Below the pieces are notes generated by a model. The model was not told the origin of the DNA. It was given only the letters and a program-made list of their open reading frames with translations, and searched no databases. From Felis catus (lineage: Eukaryota), in contig NC_058382.1 in NCBI RefSeq assembly GCF_018350175.1, positions 53,260,001 through 53,324,000 of the forward strand: DNA of 64,000 nt, in the 5' to 3' direction. Shown here piece after piece: positions 11,441 through 25,089 of this stretch. Position numbers and translations under genes: made by a program. Numbering within the stretch: the first letter of the stretch is position 1; the number at the start of each line of letters is the position of its first letter.

Positions 11441-14400
11441 ATTATACGTTCCTCTAGGATTCAATGATGTCGTGGATTAAGAGTGAGGGCACATAGAAAA
11501 TGCTGAGACACCGTTCGGCAGGGACAAAGATCACAGAGTGTTCAAGGGCTTCGGAGACCGAGAGTGCCAAAACCAGCCAGGCTCCACAGTGGGTACGGTC
11601 CCTATTTACTTTCAGTTAATAACATCACAAAATATCATCGGATCTTAATGGGACCCCGAGGGGGTTAATTACATGGTGGGGAATTGTCTGTGAGCTCAAC
11701 CACTGTTGGTTTAATAGATGCACCTTCAGAAAAAAAAGATATATAGCACATTGATCTTTAAAACGGAAAAGTAAAGATCTCCCAAATGCAGATGAGGAAA
11801 AGGGAAAAGTCCTCGCTCAGCATTTAGACCCACCATTAATCCTCGGACACACTTCCTGCAGGATCTCCGGGTCCTTCCTGTTGTGGACTCCGGAATTCTG
11901 GGTCTCAAGGCTTCCGAACACAACGGTTTCCCAACCACTCCGAACAAGAGCCTCCTCCTTCTCCTTGGGGTCACGGGGAAAAAAAGCAAGCCCCCCCCCC
12001 ACCCTCCGCCAACACCCACTAAGCACGACTAAGCACCAATGAGCGGTGTCTTCCCTGGCAAGAACCTCCCACATGCTCGTGTCTCCAAGACTCAGTCGCC
12101 TCATCATAAAATGGGGATAATACCATTATTCCAGTAGGACTATTCATTTCAGACGGTTACTGCATAAATGATGACAAGGGCCAATCGTTTTCTTATGCTT
12201 TCTCTGTGGAAAAGGCACTAGAGTCAGCACCTGAATAAATGTATCCTCCTCTTAGAATCCTACGTGGTCGTTACTAACTATTATTGTCTCCATTTTCCAA
12301 GAGCGATGCTGGGCTCCCGGGGGGAGGAGGAAAAAAAGGAGTCACTAGCACCGAACAGCCTACCTCTTGGCGGGAGAAACAGTCTTGGGAAAGGACGCTC
12401 GCCGGGAAAGCAGGTCTGCGTGAGGAGAGATGTAGGTGAGGTCAGGGTACAGAGAGCACATGGTCAGAGAAGCTGAGATGTGCAGGGGGCCAGAGACGGC
12501 ATGCCGGGCACAGGAGACTCAGAGAGGCTGAGTATCCTGCTTCGAGGACACACAGCCACTTTGAGGTAGAGCCTTGATCGAAACCCAGGCGGTTTCAGCC
12601 CTGAACCCATGAGCCTTCCACTGCCCCAGCGTCATTTGATCTCCTCAAACCCCCTCTCCGCTGGGCAGAAGCCACATTTCTCGTTTGCGCGAGTCTTCCT
12701 GCGCAGGCAAGACGGCGTCTCAAGGACTCCGTTGCATGCAAGAGTCGTGAGCTTGCAACCAGAGCCCGTCCTCCTGCTCGGAACTGCTAAAGGGGTTGTG
12801 CTTTCACCTCCAGTGTCGTGCTCAGATGGAAGGAACAGCCGCCCAAAAACACATGCAACTCAGGAGCCTCCATAAACATACACAACTCTCCCCGTGCCTG
12901 GTACAGGATGGGTATGTCACAGCGGTCTAGACTTTGCCCTGCCCCTCCGGAGTTTACAGTCAAGCCGCTGGAGCCAAATGCACGCATGAGGCGTGTGCCT
13001 GAAGGCCAAACGGAGTGATCGCTATTAGTCTCAGCAAAGTGATTTGAGAGTCCAGAGAAGCCCATGATTAAATCAAAGAGGCTCCTTGCATTGGGATCAA
13101 TCCAACAATGGCTTTGCTTATCGGGGCTGTGGGCACAAGTCATGTGCCCACTATTCAGTATCACCAAATGTCCTAAGGCTGAACCGGATTAAGGCACCGA
13201 ATGCCTGGAGATCCTTAGAAAAAGTTGCTTCACAAATACCACACAGTGGGAGAGCTCAGAGGAGCACGGCTCCCTGGGAGCACCATGTTCAGATTTCCAA
13301 ATTCCAAAGACAAAACACGAGGTCTTCTGCCTCAAAACCTTACCCGTCGCAGGGACAAAGGCAGAATGATGGAAATAGAATTTTGAGGCTTGTCTGAATG
13401 ATTATAGGCACTGGAGCCATAAACCAAAAAATGCTACTGCCAAGGGATTTCTCTCATGGCATCTGTTTTTCCCGATCCATTGGTCAATAGTGTTTGATAA
13501 TAGGTATTACCATGAAATTGGAGCAGCGGGCTTTCTAAGTGGCAAAATCAAAGTAGCATCTATTCAATTCAATTAACTATTGACCTTCCGGCCATGGTCA
13601 TTCTGACAGGAATTCTCCACTGTAGCTAAGAGGGGTACGCCCTTCTGTAGCTGCCCCCCTATGGTGGGTAGTGACCCTTCTTCCATTGGGAGCAAGTAAA
13701 CTACTTGTCCCTCTGTGCCCTGAATCAAACTCCCACACAGGCTTGGAGATTGAGCTGAATCTCTGAAAGTCCTAGAAGAACTTTGACGCGTCTCCTTTCT
13801 ATTCGCGCAACATTTATTAAGCATTCATCCATTCAAATGTTTACTCCCAGAGGCCCACCGTAGCAAGAAAGGTTGCTCAGTGGGGAGACTGGATTGGTGA
13901 CTGGCATGCAGTTTACAGAGTTTACAGAGGAGTCAACAATGAAGTTCGGCAAAGCCAGTTCTTGAGACAGTGGTAACAGAGGTGGGGAGCAGTGAGCTCA
14001 ACATGTATTAGAAACCCCATTGTACAGAAGGGGAAACTGAGGTACAGAGAGGTTTAAATGGCTCATCAGATGTCACACATCCTTCAAGCGATGAGCCCTT
14101 GAGTAATGGGTCTCATCGAACAGCAAGGCCTATGGACCAACTCCATCCCGTGGAAATGAATTTACTAGGCCAGTAACAGCCTACCATTAAATGGCTGGTT
14201 TTTCAACTGGGGGGGAGGGGGGGGCGGGGCTTAAAAAGTTTATCGTGGTTTACTTCTTTTTTTCCTCTATCTTGGAATAATACAGTTGTGATTATCCTGT
14301 GATTATCCGCATGAAATGGCCTTAAGCCATCTAGTATAAATATACACAGATCTCCCAGACATACTTGGATTCCCCCAGATATACTCAAGCCGACTCAGGC

Positions 14401-16576
14401 CCTGCAGGATTTGGGGAGCTTTTGAAGGGATGCCCTGGCATCCAGCTGTGCCCATCAGCATCCCCAGATGCTTTCCCTACTTGATAAACCTTCTGATCCC
14501 TGTTCAGGTCAGTTTCAATGGGCGAACGGAAAGCCTGGCAAGAGAGCTAAACGACTTACCCCTTCTGCAGGGGAGTTAATTTGCCGCATGAGCTGGGGGC
14601 TATGCGATACCTTCTTGCTCGGTTTCCCGCTCCACACTGACCCATCTCTCATAAGGATTACGCCTTCCTCGGTGACTTTGAGGCCGGTTTTCAGGTGGGG
14701 ATTTATTCGAGACGGGCAAATGAAACTTATCTAGCCACTAGCCTGATGCAATTATTCCTGTGTGGTCAGCCAAATGAGAGCTCAGCTTGAGATCCCAAAG
14801 GTTAAACCTGGCCATCCAACGTCCATCCAGGACTCTGCAATTTCCAGGAACGGCAGTAGGACAGGAGCATTGTAATCGTTGCTTGTTTCCCTGTTATTTC
14901 ACTCGGTCACATCACAGTCTTTGGTCTGATTATGTTTTTTGTTTTTGTTTTTTCCCTTTGAATGCTGATTTCCTCGACAGCTAAATGCCTCCAGATACTC
15001 CTTTGGAGACACACAGACCAAACATAGAAACCATTCAGTTACTGTCCAGCAAAAAAATATATATCTATGTGTGTGTGCGTGTGTACGTATGTATATATAT
15101 ATCTATGTCATTATTTTCTATCCCCAAAAATTCTTTATCCCATTGGATATGGGAATTAGATAAGATTAAGTTCTTAGGCAACATCAACTTATGGGGTGGA
15201 CAGATTCTGTGCTGTTTAACTGTGTCAGAACAACATTTATATCTGCTTAGGTAGAAGACAATGTGGCCAACATACACACAGATAGTTGCATGAGGTTCGC
15301 TTTAAGTAGAGCAGCATTAGGTTGCTTTAAGGTGACAATTTCTAAATGAGAGCAAAACTGTGTAATAAGATTTAAAAAATTGGACCCATTCTTAGTTCAC
15401 CAGCTCCCCAGCCAGTGACAAAATATGCCATTAGTGGCCACAGCACGATTCTGAAAATATACCTTCCTTACGATTTAACGCTTTTTTTTTTCCCTGTGAG
15501 CTAAAAATTACAAAGCCCCGGATTTCATCGCTCTTGCAATCTATTCTTTTCCCCTGACTTCCTGTTTTCATGAAATTTTAATCAGGCACTTAAAATAAAT
15601 AGCTATGCAGAGCTTGTCTGCCTCCCGCAATACCCGGGATGGATGTTTTGGGTAAAGTGATAGTCCAGAGACCTTGAGAACAGTGAATCCCATTCTGACT
15701 TGGCAAGGCAACAGAAATTGAAACATGGCCCTGTCCAGGCCACGCACTCGAAGGGGACAGAGCGGTCTCAGAGGATCAAAGATGTGATAGGTTGGATCTT
15801 TTTTCTTTTTTTTTTTTTTCCTTCCAAATATTGACAGCGACTCAGTCAATTTGGAAAGGCAAGCAAGATAAAGCTAGACTAAATGATTCCGAGAGAGAGA
15901 AGAAAAGGAATGACGCATGGTCAACTTTTCAAAATCCCTTGCAAGTTGAAAAATGAATCATTCATTCCATTCAGGCAGCTACTTTCCATTGCTCATTGGT
16001 TTTGATGATGTGTATTTGTGCCTCCTTCACATAAACCAACAAGATGCCTAATTCTTCGAACCTTCTAAGATTTTCCTTTTTCCCTTTCCTACCATGGTTA
16101 TATCACCAAATGACGTTACAGACAAACACAACATATTTGTTCACAAACCATTATATTCAGAAGATGTCTTTTGTGGCAACAACTGCAGGTTCCACGGAGA
16201 GCCTAAGGACTCTCCAAGAAGGCGCTAAGACAACTAGAGAAAAAACACCATTACAAACATTCATACCCTATGAAGTCAAAGTCCCTGGAGACCTGCAAAG
16301 AAGCCTTCTTGGAGGCAGGTGAGGAAATCAACTTCCTTGCCTTAAAATGCCCAACTTCTGTGTGACAGTAGCTAAACAGCATGAAAGGCTCCTCGTTCAT
16401 TAATAAAAACGAAATGAGACGATGAGGGAGTTAACGTCATTCGACCCCATGACCAATACGCGTCTTGTCTCCTTCATCTCAAATGAACAGGTTCTTGGTT
16501 ACTGCACGTTCTGACCTCCTTGACTCTGGAGGTCCAGAGCCTGGTTTTGAATCCTGAAAGATGGGTCCTGTAGATG

Positions 16577-17038
16577 ACTGCCGTGCTGGGAAATGCTTTA
16601 CAACTGCCTCTCCCAAACAAACAAACAAACAAACAAACAAACAAAAAGGAGGAAGGGCTTGATTTGTAGTTATTTGCTCATTTATTTCTATGATGTAAAT
16701 ACTCCCACCCTGGTCAATTTCAAGCTCCCATAATGTGACCAGATGTGGACTTGGGAGAAGGTATGAAACATTCCCTTACTATATAGTACAACAGATATAA
16801 ATCCTAACAAGGACATGGATCATAAAACAACATAGCACGATAACTAGGAAGTGAGGGGTTTTGAGTACTTAGTACATTTTTAAAAATAAAATTTATTTGA
16901 TTTCAGGTTACCTGATTTAATTTTTAATAATGGCTGTATATAACAACAGACTCGCTAAATTTCTGAAAATCTGACGGTTTAAAAATTTAACAATAGGCCC
17001 CTTGTGAGCCACTACAAGCCAGCTCCAACACACCAGTG
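16577..17038. mobile_element. hAT-Blackjack MER63(B)-like DNA transposon relic, with internal (AAAC)n
   Basis: Ends GTGCTGGGAAATGCTTTACAAC and CCAGCTCCAACACACCAGTG; internal GTAAATACTCCCACC and TTTTTAATAATGGCTGT resemble the recalled MER63 consensus. Confidence 0.75.
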
Positions 17039-17287
17039 TTGTAGGGGAACCTGGCTCCATTCAGCTGGAAATGGCTGTGTGTCATTTGCGGTGTAGTGAA
17101 CTTGCCCGTTTCCAGGGATAGACCATATTTTTGGATCTGTACTAGAGAGATTCAGTTTGCTCTTGGTCCCTCAAAGCTCTCCCCCCAATACAATTGCCCA
17201 CAAAATGTCATAGCTGCCTGGTTTCTTTGATATAAGGTTTCATCTGCTTCATCGTCTCCAAATATAGCTCTAAGCTGGCCTTCTTAC

Positions 17288-17429
17288 CTTGCTTAAGCGG
17301 AATCTCAATAACCTCAAGAAGAGAGGAATCAACTCCTCAAACAAAAGAAGTCATTCAGCTTTACGGCATCTCGCGCTGGACGATCTTGAAACTATTTCCT
17401 TTCCTACAGGCCCAGAGGATAAAGTTCCA
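17288..17429 (-). other. Candidate non-coding exon (142 nt)
   Basis: Acceptor TCTCCTTTCTCTTCCTTAG| and donor AAG|GTAAGA; stop codons in all three frames. Confidence 0.3.
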
Positions 17430-19164
17430 CTAAGGAAGAGAAAGGAGACTAAATGTCCAGCAAATGACCCCCTCTGAGGCCAATATCTGGTGACCTCGTG
17501 AAACAGGGGGCCGGGGGTGCTTCCATGCCGATGTGGGTCCCCACATTCCAACTCATAATCATCAAAACCACTTCTCAGAGCAGACTGCTGGGGGAGCATC
17601 TGTCAAGATTCTCGGAGCAGTCTGAAGAAGAGAATATTATCAAGGCAATTAGGGGGAGCCCCCGAGAAAGGGCTGTTAGTAAGATGGGGCCAGCAGCGCA
17701 CTGGCTCAGGACCCACCAGAAAGAAAAAAGGCAACAGTTTCTAAAAAAGAATTTGAGGGTTCAAGTTGTCAGGGGTCTCATATTCCAAGAGTTTTTCTCT
17801 GCTCCCCGCCCCCCCCCCCCCCGGTCCTCGGCCACATCCAAGTCCAAGGTGCCGGCAGCCCTTTGCTCCCTCTCATAGCAGCCCCAGGAGCAAGGGGATG
17901 ATTTTCTGGAAGCCTGCTCGTGGAGAAGAACGCCAAGCTCAAGCGGCTGGATGCATCTAGCTTCTGTGAGCCACTCACACTATCAACAGACACCGTCCCA
18001 GTGGCTGGGAAATCATCCTGCTCTTGGCAAAAACCCTGCCACTTGGGGAGGAACTGAGCGAAATCATCCAAGCCAAGCAAAACCGAGCAGAGCGGGGCTC
18101 TCGCTGTACTGAAATCCAGATTCAGCATGAAGGATCTTGGCAGAACTACAGCTGGGCTCGGCCCTGGTTAATGTCACAACCGTATCTCAAATAACCCGTT
18201 CTCTTAATAAAACACAGTTTGACTCAAGGCTTTGCGATATCAATTTGAAGGGAGGAAAGAGGCAACAAGGAAGCCAGTGGAGAGCTTCCTGCTAGGAGCG
18301 CTGTTACTGAAGACGTATGCGTATGTGCGTTTCTGACAGAATCATCCAGAATTCTGAAAATGAAGCATGCCGTCTCTGGCCTCTTCTCTGTAATCACTAA
18401 CTACTCGGGGATTTCTCGGAGCCGGTTGCTTGCAATAACACACTTTCCCTTCAGTCCCATCTAGGCGGCTGATGTGACCCCGTGCGGGATTTTCCTGCAT
18501 TTGTGTATTTACAGGGTCTCCTCCAGATCCACTGAGCAGAGGGTGGTGCCAACAGGAGGAAGAGAAGCTGTCAGAAGTTTCTATTTTCGTTCCTACCTAT
18601 AGTCTTAGCAAGCCAACCCAAGTTCTTCCCCCAACGGAGACTAAAACCACCTTAGGACTCAAGGGCTGAATCAGTGGCATCGCCAGGCAGATTCGGAAGT
18701 GGGAGAGAACCGACTGGAACTCCTGGTTCCAGAATCAGAGATTTCAAGCTCCATCTGGGCTCTCTTGAATCAGCTATACCTTCCTCTGGGCCAAAAAGTG
18801 GGAAGGAGGTTTTCCTGTGGATTTGGACAGACCCAAGTTGGAGCCTACCGTCCATCCTTCCCTACCTGGGTGGAAACACAAAGAGGAAGACAGAGACGTC
18901 AAGAGAAATATACAGATGAAAGTAATCATTCAGTCATACTCTTGATAACTAGAAAAACCCTTATTAATATTTTGGTCCTTTTTTGTATCTGTTTTTTTGT
19001 GTTTTGTTTTGTTTTTTGAGGCTTACATAAATACATAGACCCATGCACATTTGTGTCAATGCCCAAAAAACTCTTCATAGAATAAGGTCCTTAAATATTT
19101 CACCCTAATTTTTAATTTAGGAAAGCTACTTAGCTATCTATCCTGAGTCTGTTTCCTTGTGTAT

Positions 19165-19322
19165 GGAAGGAAGGAGGGAAGGAGGGAGGGAGGGAGTAAA
19201 GTAAGGAAGGAAGGGGGGAAGGAAGGAGGAAAGGAAGGAAGGAAGGAAGAAAAATTGAAGAAGGAAGAGAGAGAAAGGGAATGATGGAGGAAGGAGAGGA
19301 GGATAGAGGATAGAAGGACGGA
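19165..19322 (+). repeat. Polypurine (GGAA/GGGA)n low-complexity tract
   Basis: Direct inspection. Confidence 0.9.
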
Positions 19323-20675
19323 TGAGAAAAGTTCGATGAAGTGTATTCAAAACTGTACTATTTTAGCAATTTTGTGTGATTTTGTAATATTGAAAAATAG
19401 GTGTTTTCAAAGAGCATGAACGAGAACACTAACAATAATATCTCAGAGGGTGTTTTTGCAAGTGTTAAACGTAACATGTATGTATAAACACTTCGTATAG
19501 TGCCTGGCAGGTGACGTTTAATAAATCTTGGCTGAAGGCATAGATGGGTAGATATTAAACACCCAGTAGATGTTATTTTGACTCAGTTTCAAACGAGGGA
19601 TGATGCAAATGTTGTCCATCAAGTGTCAGGCGAGAACAGGCCTCGCGAGGAGCTAGAACCATGTTCGGGCCCTCAAACGGGTCCCCGTTTATCTCTACGC
19701 CTCCTTTAGTTTGAGAAGGACCCAGGACACATACCCTCCTCTCATACAGGGAGCGCGACACAAATGTGTGGCGCATTTCCTGAGGTCTCTTGAGCGCTTC
19801 AAACGGGCCAGGGTGCGGATGCTCGTCTCTAGCCATCCAGAGCCTTTTCCATTTGCCTAAACCATCACATCAGGGCCCTAAAGGGCCTACTCAAAAATCA
19901 GAGCCCCCTGGGGGGCATTAAAGGAAACAGATGTCAACACTGGGAGACACTTAAACCCCACCTTCTCCAAGAACATTGAAATGCCCTTGGAAAATACATA
20001 TGGAGTAGGCAAAGCGAAAAATCAGGATCAAGTATTTAAGGGCATTATTAATGCTACAAAGTGTGTTTCCAGGCCTGTACACAAATGTGGATGGATGCGT
20101 GTATTTACGGACGACTCAAAAAGACAGATATAAAGAGAGCGCCAAATAAGGATTTTTTTTCCAGCTAAGAGTACGACTGGATGAGAATTATCTTCATCAT
20201 TGTGTTTTTCTGGATTTTCTAAATGCGCTCTGCTGTACCACCGTCACAATAAAATTAAATAATAAAAATGAGAAGTAGTAAGAAATTAACGATTAACGGT
20301 GGTTTGGCATCTCCTTTCAAAGTTAGTTATCGCCGCCTCTTTGCATCATTAGCATCTTGGAGACAGGAAAGTGCCAGGGAAGGAAGGAAGGGCAGTTGAT
20401 CACCTCGAGCCATTTCCCTGCACCCAGAAGGCCCCAAGAACCAGCCAAACGTTGTCTGTTAAGGAGACGACACTAGGTGCGGACAGGCCCAGGGAATGAG
20501 AAGCATCAGGTTTGCAGAGACCTGTCCCATCAAGAGTTAGCCATGAGACTCCGGGTAAGGTCCCGCCTCCCCTAGACCTCTTTTCCTAAAATTCCTCCCC
20601 TCGCTCAATGTTCGGAGGGTCAGCTCTAAGTACGAAGCATGGACTTTGAACATCTTAGGGGCACCTTCCTAGCGG

Positions 20676-20868
20676 AGAATCGCCAGGTAAAAGACAGGGC
20701 ATGCCAGGTCAATTGAATTTCAGATAAACACTGGAAAACTATTAGCATAAGTAGGTCCCGATATTGCATGGATGGGACCTACTTATATTAAAATACGTAT
20801 CTCCTATTTAACTGAAATTCAACCGAACCGGGTGTCTCGTGATTTTATTTTGCTAAATCTGGCCAGCC
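20676..20868. mobile_element. MER53 palindromic hAT MITE
   Basis: GAATTTCAGATAAACA...ATAAGTAGGTCCC-loop-GGGACCTACTTAT...CTGAAATTC...TTTGCTAAATCTGG matches the MER53 architecture. Confidence 0.85.
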
Positions 20869-22284
20869 GGCCCCAGCAGCTCAGAGAAGTACCCTGGGGC
20901 CCCCGAGTCTCCCCCAGCCCCGCATTTCTCCCATCACTCGAAGGCAATGGGGGGGGGAGGGGTGGAAATAGGCCCCGAGTCCGGACTGCAGGAAGGCAGG
21001 AGGGTCGTGGACACACGGAAGACTAATCACCATTCTCTGCAGCGTCACCTCGGACAGCATCACCCTAAGCCACCGAGAGACACGTCTCTTGAGCACGTAA
21101 GAGAGCTGAGCCTTGAGAAGCTAGTTGGATCAGAGTTTCACTGAATAAAGCGAAGAAAAGCCAGACGAATGAGTGACGGGCGGGCCGGGCCGTGCATTTC
21201 GGGGAGCAGTTTGTTTCCACAGGAATCACTAAATCCCGTAAGATTTTCAACTGCTCAGTAGCCAAATCAAGTGCACTCCACTCTGCAAAGGAGCCACAAA
21301 TTATCTGGCCTATAAACTCGGGCAAGGCGTCACAAGTGAGACACAGGTGAAATAAAAGTATCCTCGTCAGATCATGGGGGGGGGGGCAGGTGGAGGTCTT
21401 GCAAACTTTTGATAAAAGCTGAATTGTGATCGTGGGGGAGCTGGGGACACACTGTCCTCACACGGACCTCTGTCGGGCATGGTAGGAGAGAAGGTACGGG
21501 CTGAACTGCTCGAGGGTGTGTATGTAGTGCCCGGGCCTCAAACATGGACAAAAATAACACAAAGGAATCACTCAGGGCCTCAGATGTCTTTAAAGAAGCA
21601 CAGGGATGTTGTCTCACCGTCCCCAAGTGGCCAACATACCCATGTGGTCAGTACCAGCTCTGGACAGTTAAAATAAAGAAAACAAATATCCAAATATCCA
21701 ATATCATCGCTGGGAGCTGGCCTCTGGGTCTTTGCCGACATCTGAACTGCTTCACATAACCTCCTGGCCTCTAAAAATAGATATTCTGTGGTACATATAA
21801 TTTTTATAAGATGACTAATACAGGAATGCCCTTTGGGATAACTTAGTGTCTTAGTTTCTTTCTTCTCTCTCTCTCTCTATATTTATCTTCTCTTCACTGG
21901 CCTCTTTGTATCAAAGTTAGACTGCAGCCGTGGACCAAGAACGTTAGCCAAGAAATTATTTATCTGTTCCACACGGGCTATCATTTTTAGCAAGAAAACA
22001 GAAGCCCCTACTTTCAAAAGGGGAGGCAGAGTGAGAGCCCAAGACCTGTTTGGCTTCTCTGCCTCTCAACGGCAACTTTCCATATGAAGAAGCAATGAGA
22101 AGGGCTTCCTAGTTACTCAACTGCTTCTTTTAGATACAACAGAATCAGAAATGACTGGCCAGTTGATGGACTCTAAAAAAAATGCCTATCTTCAAGTTTG
22201 CTGCTGTAACCCCCAATAATAAGGGCAACACAGTCATTCACAAGCACTGATGTCTTAGTGTGAATTTTACTCATCTTCTCTGAA

Positions 22285-22286
<2 letters not shown>

Positions 22287-22379
<93 letters not shown>
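22287..22379 (+). repeat. Compound microsatellite (GT)n(GA)n
   Basis: Direct inspection. Confidence 0.99.
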
Positions 22380-22382
<3 letters not shown>

Positions 22383-22426
22383 TAAAAACGGGAAAACAGT
22401 TGGATATCAGCTCAGACGCGCACAAC

Positions 22427-22474
22427 CTGATCTTTTGTCTGGAGGTGAGGATTCCAGAAACGGAACCACAAGAT
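22427..22474 (-). other. Candidate exon (48 nt if the weak donor is used)
   Basis: Strong acceptor CTTTTACTTTTTCCTCCTGCAG|; weak donor CAG|GTTGTG. Confidence 0.25.
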
Positions 22475-22830
22475 CTGCAGGAGGAAAAAGTAAAAGTGAT
22501 CCATTTCTCACTCACTGTCACCTTTCTTTCAACGGGAGCATACAACTCCAGCGACCTCCGCCCGACCTCCCGGGTGATTAGCGCCGCTCAAGAGGACGTG
22601 GAGAAATGAATTTTCTTATCCAGCGGTGTCCTCCCTTCGGAAATCGCATCCCGTCCCCCTCCCTCCCTGGCCATCCAAACAATGACCGCTAAGCCCAGCG
22701 CCCTGAACAGGCCTTGGGACACCCCCTTCACCCTTCCTGGAAGACAGCACAGCAGGAAGGGAGACAAGAGAGGCCAAGGACAACCATGGGAAACTGACGC
22801 CCTCGGCTTCCCGCACCCCCTCCCGCTCAC

Positions 22831-22912
22831 CTGAGATCCTCGCTGCTGCCATGCTTGAAACCTTGTCTTAGGAGATCTCTTTCCCTGCCATGACATTTGA
22901 AATCACAATCTG
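22831..22912 (-). other. Candidate exon (82 or 79 nt, NAGNAG acceptor)
   Basis: Acceptor TCTCTTTTCCTCAG|CAG| and consensus donor CAG|GTGAGC. Confidence 0.4.
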
Positions 22913-23009
22913 CTGAGGAAAAGAGACCAGAATCTACTCGGGCAGGTGACTGGCCAAAAGTTGCCTCCTCGGAAGTATAGCTTGGGGACAGATGACGAGA
23001 TTTCATTCT

Positions 23010-23233
23010 CTTCTTTTTTTTAATGTTTTTTTTTATATATATTTTTGAGAGAGAGAGAGAGAGACACCATGAGCAGTGGAGGGGCAGAGGGAGAAGGAGG
23101 CATAGGATTCGAAGCAGGCTCCAGGCTCCAAGCTGTCAGCCCAGAGCCCGAAGCGGGGCTCGAACTCACAAACCATGAGATCATGACCTGAGCCGAAGTC
23201 AGACGCTCAACCGACTAAGCCACCCAGGTGCCC
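23010..23233 (-). mobile_element. Can-SINE (felid SINEC)
   Basis: Full reverse-complement body; TSD TGACGAGATTTCATTCT/TGAGGAGATTTAATTCT. Confidence 0.96.
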
Positions 23234-23355
23234 TGAGGAGATTTAATTCTTAACCTCTGAAGTTGCGTGTCCGTTTGTTTTACTTCTTCCAATGAAAACA
23301 GAGTCCACGTGTGATTTTACACTTGCGAAAAATGTAAAATTTTTACGTTTCACTT

Positions 23356-23392
<37 letters not shown>

Positions 23393-25089
23393 AGTCAGGT
23401 GTTAGGCACGCTTCTGGTTCTACATCTTCCTGTCTCCCTTCATCTTACTGTGTGACCGTGTGATTTTTGCTCTTGGGGACAAAGGAGTTAGGCCAGCAGG
23501 ACACCTGAATGTAAGAGACTGTGTATCACTCTGAAAAAGTGCCAGAAAGTCTCCCCAAAATGCAACCCCCCAGAACTAACTCAACGCCCACGTACCTGTA
23601 GGTTTTGATTCATTACATGCAGTATCCTATATCCCCAAGACTGGTGATCCTACAGAATACGGCCGAGAGCACCTTCCTTAAAGACTAGGACCAGTTGTTA
23701 CCCTTTCAGGGCATTGTCTATAAGGGGCTAGGACGTGCAGGCCAGTCAAGGAGACTCGGAAAGGAATGCCCAACATTTGAGCCCAGCTTCATCCATGGAC
23801 CGTGGTCTAGCTCTCAATCTCCCCAGGCCTCAATTTCAACCTTCTCACTCACTGGGGATGATGACAACCACACCGATGAAGATACCACCTGCCTCATGAG
23901 CTCGCTGTGAGGGTCCCATGAATTACTTCTCAGGAACCTCCACTCTTGCTTCCGAGTCCTGCCCAAGGATTCTGAGCCTCTTGGGTGACGCCTTCCTTGA
24001 CCCACTTATGACAAGTTTACTCTTAAATGCTTCCTCCCAGAAACAGCACTGGTCACTTCACGTATTTTAGGGATCACATCACTTACAGGACCGTGCCTAA
24101 CCTCGAGAGGTAGGTGGAAATACCCTTAGGTCCAGGAAGGGAAGAAGAGGCGTAAAGATTAGTGAGTATCAATCGTGTTTCTCACCCATTTACACATAAT
24201 CAGAGGCGTTATTTGGAAGATTGGAGACGGCATCTAACCCTGCTTCTCCCATGCCACCACAGTCCCGCGTGAGATCTTAACGGAAACCATTAAGAACATA
24301 AATGGAGACAAAGCCAGAGTTCTGTGTTCATTACCTGCTATATGCTTCTCTCTCATGGCTGATGGTATTTACAGAACCAGGATCATGTCCAATTCACCCT
24401 TGGTTCTACATGCTACGTGCAGAGCAAAGGTGCTCAATAAAGACTTACTAGATAGACAGACTGATACATCGATACGTGGAGAGATAGAATAAAAAAACAG
24501 AAAAGAAAGAGAAAACCCTCTTAAGCTATGAGGCATGAGGATGCTAATGCTATGTTTAACACCGCAGGGAACAGCTCTTACCATCACTGCTTTGAATAGG
24601 CAGTATTACTTTTTATAAAACTTTGGCCCAGGCAGAGTCTATGAAATTGTAGAACGTGGCATTCATTGCCAATTTCTTCCAGTCAACAACAGCAGCAACT
24701 AAAGTCACATACGTCATGGTGGCGTTGGTAGGGAGACCTCCTGTGGGTACCCCGGACTTCGATACACACGGCAGGCGTCTGCGAGGGTGAGCGTGCATGT
24801 GTGTGCACACATCTGTGCGTGCACATATACCCAGAGGCTGACCGTGTCTGCTCATCCCCAAGATCCTAGGAAGATCGTGCTTTCAACTTGACCGACCAGC
24901 ACAGTTTACTAAATGACAAAGTGGGTCATTTGGGGAATCGGTTCTCTGCTGAAACCCGCTTCCAGAGACACCCTCAGACAAGCCTTTCTAACTTTGGAAT
25001 CGCCTGATTTTCCTCCGCGAGTTTGCATGAACAGGTTCACCCCAACAGACACCAATACCTGATCATAACATCAGCACTGCCAGCCTCTA

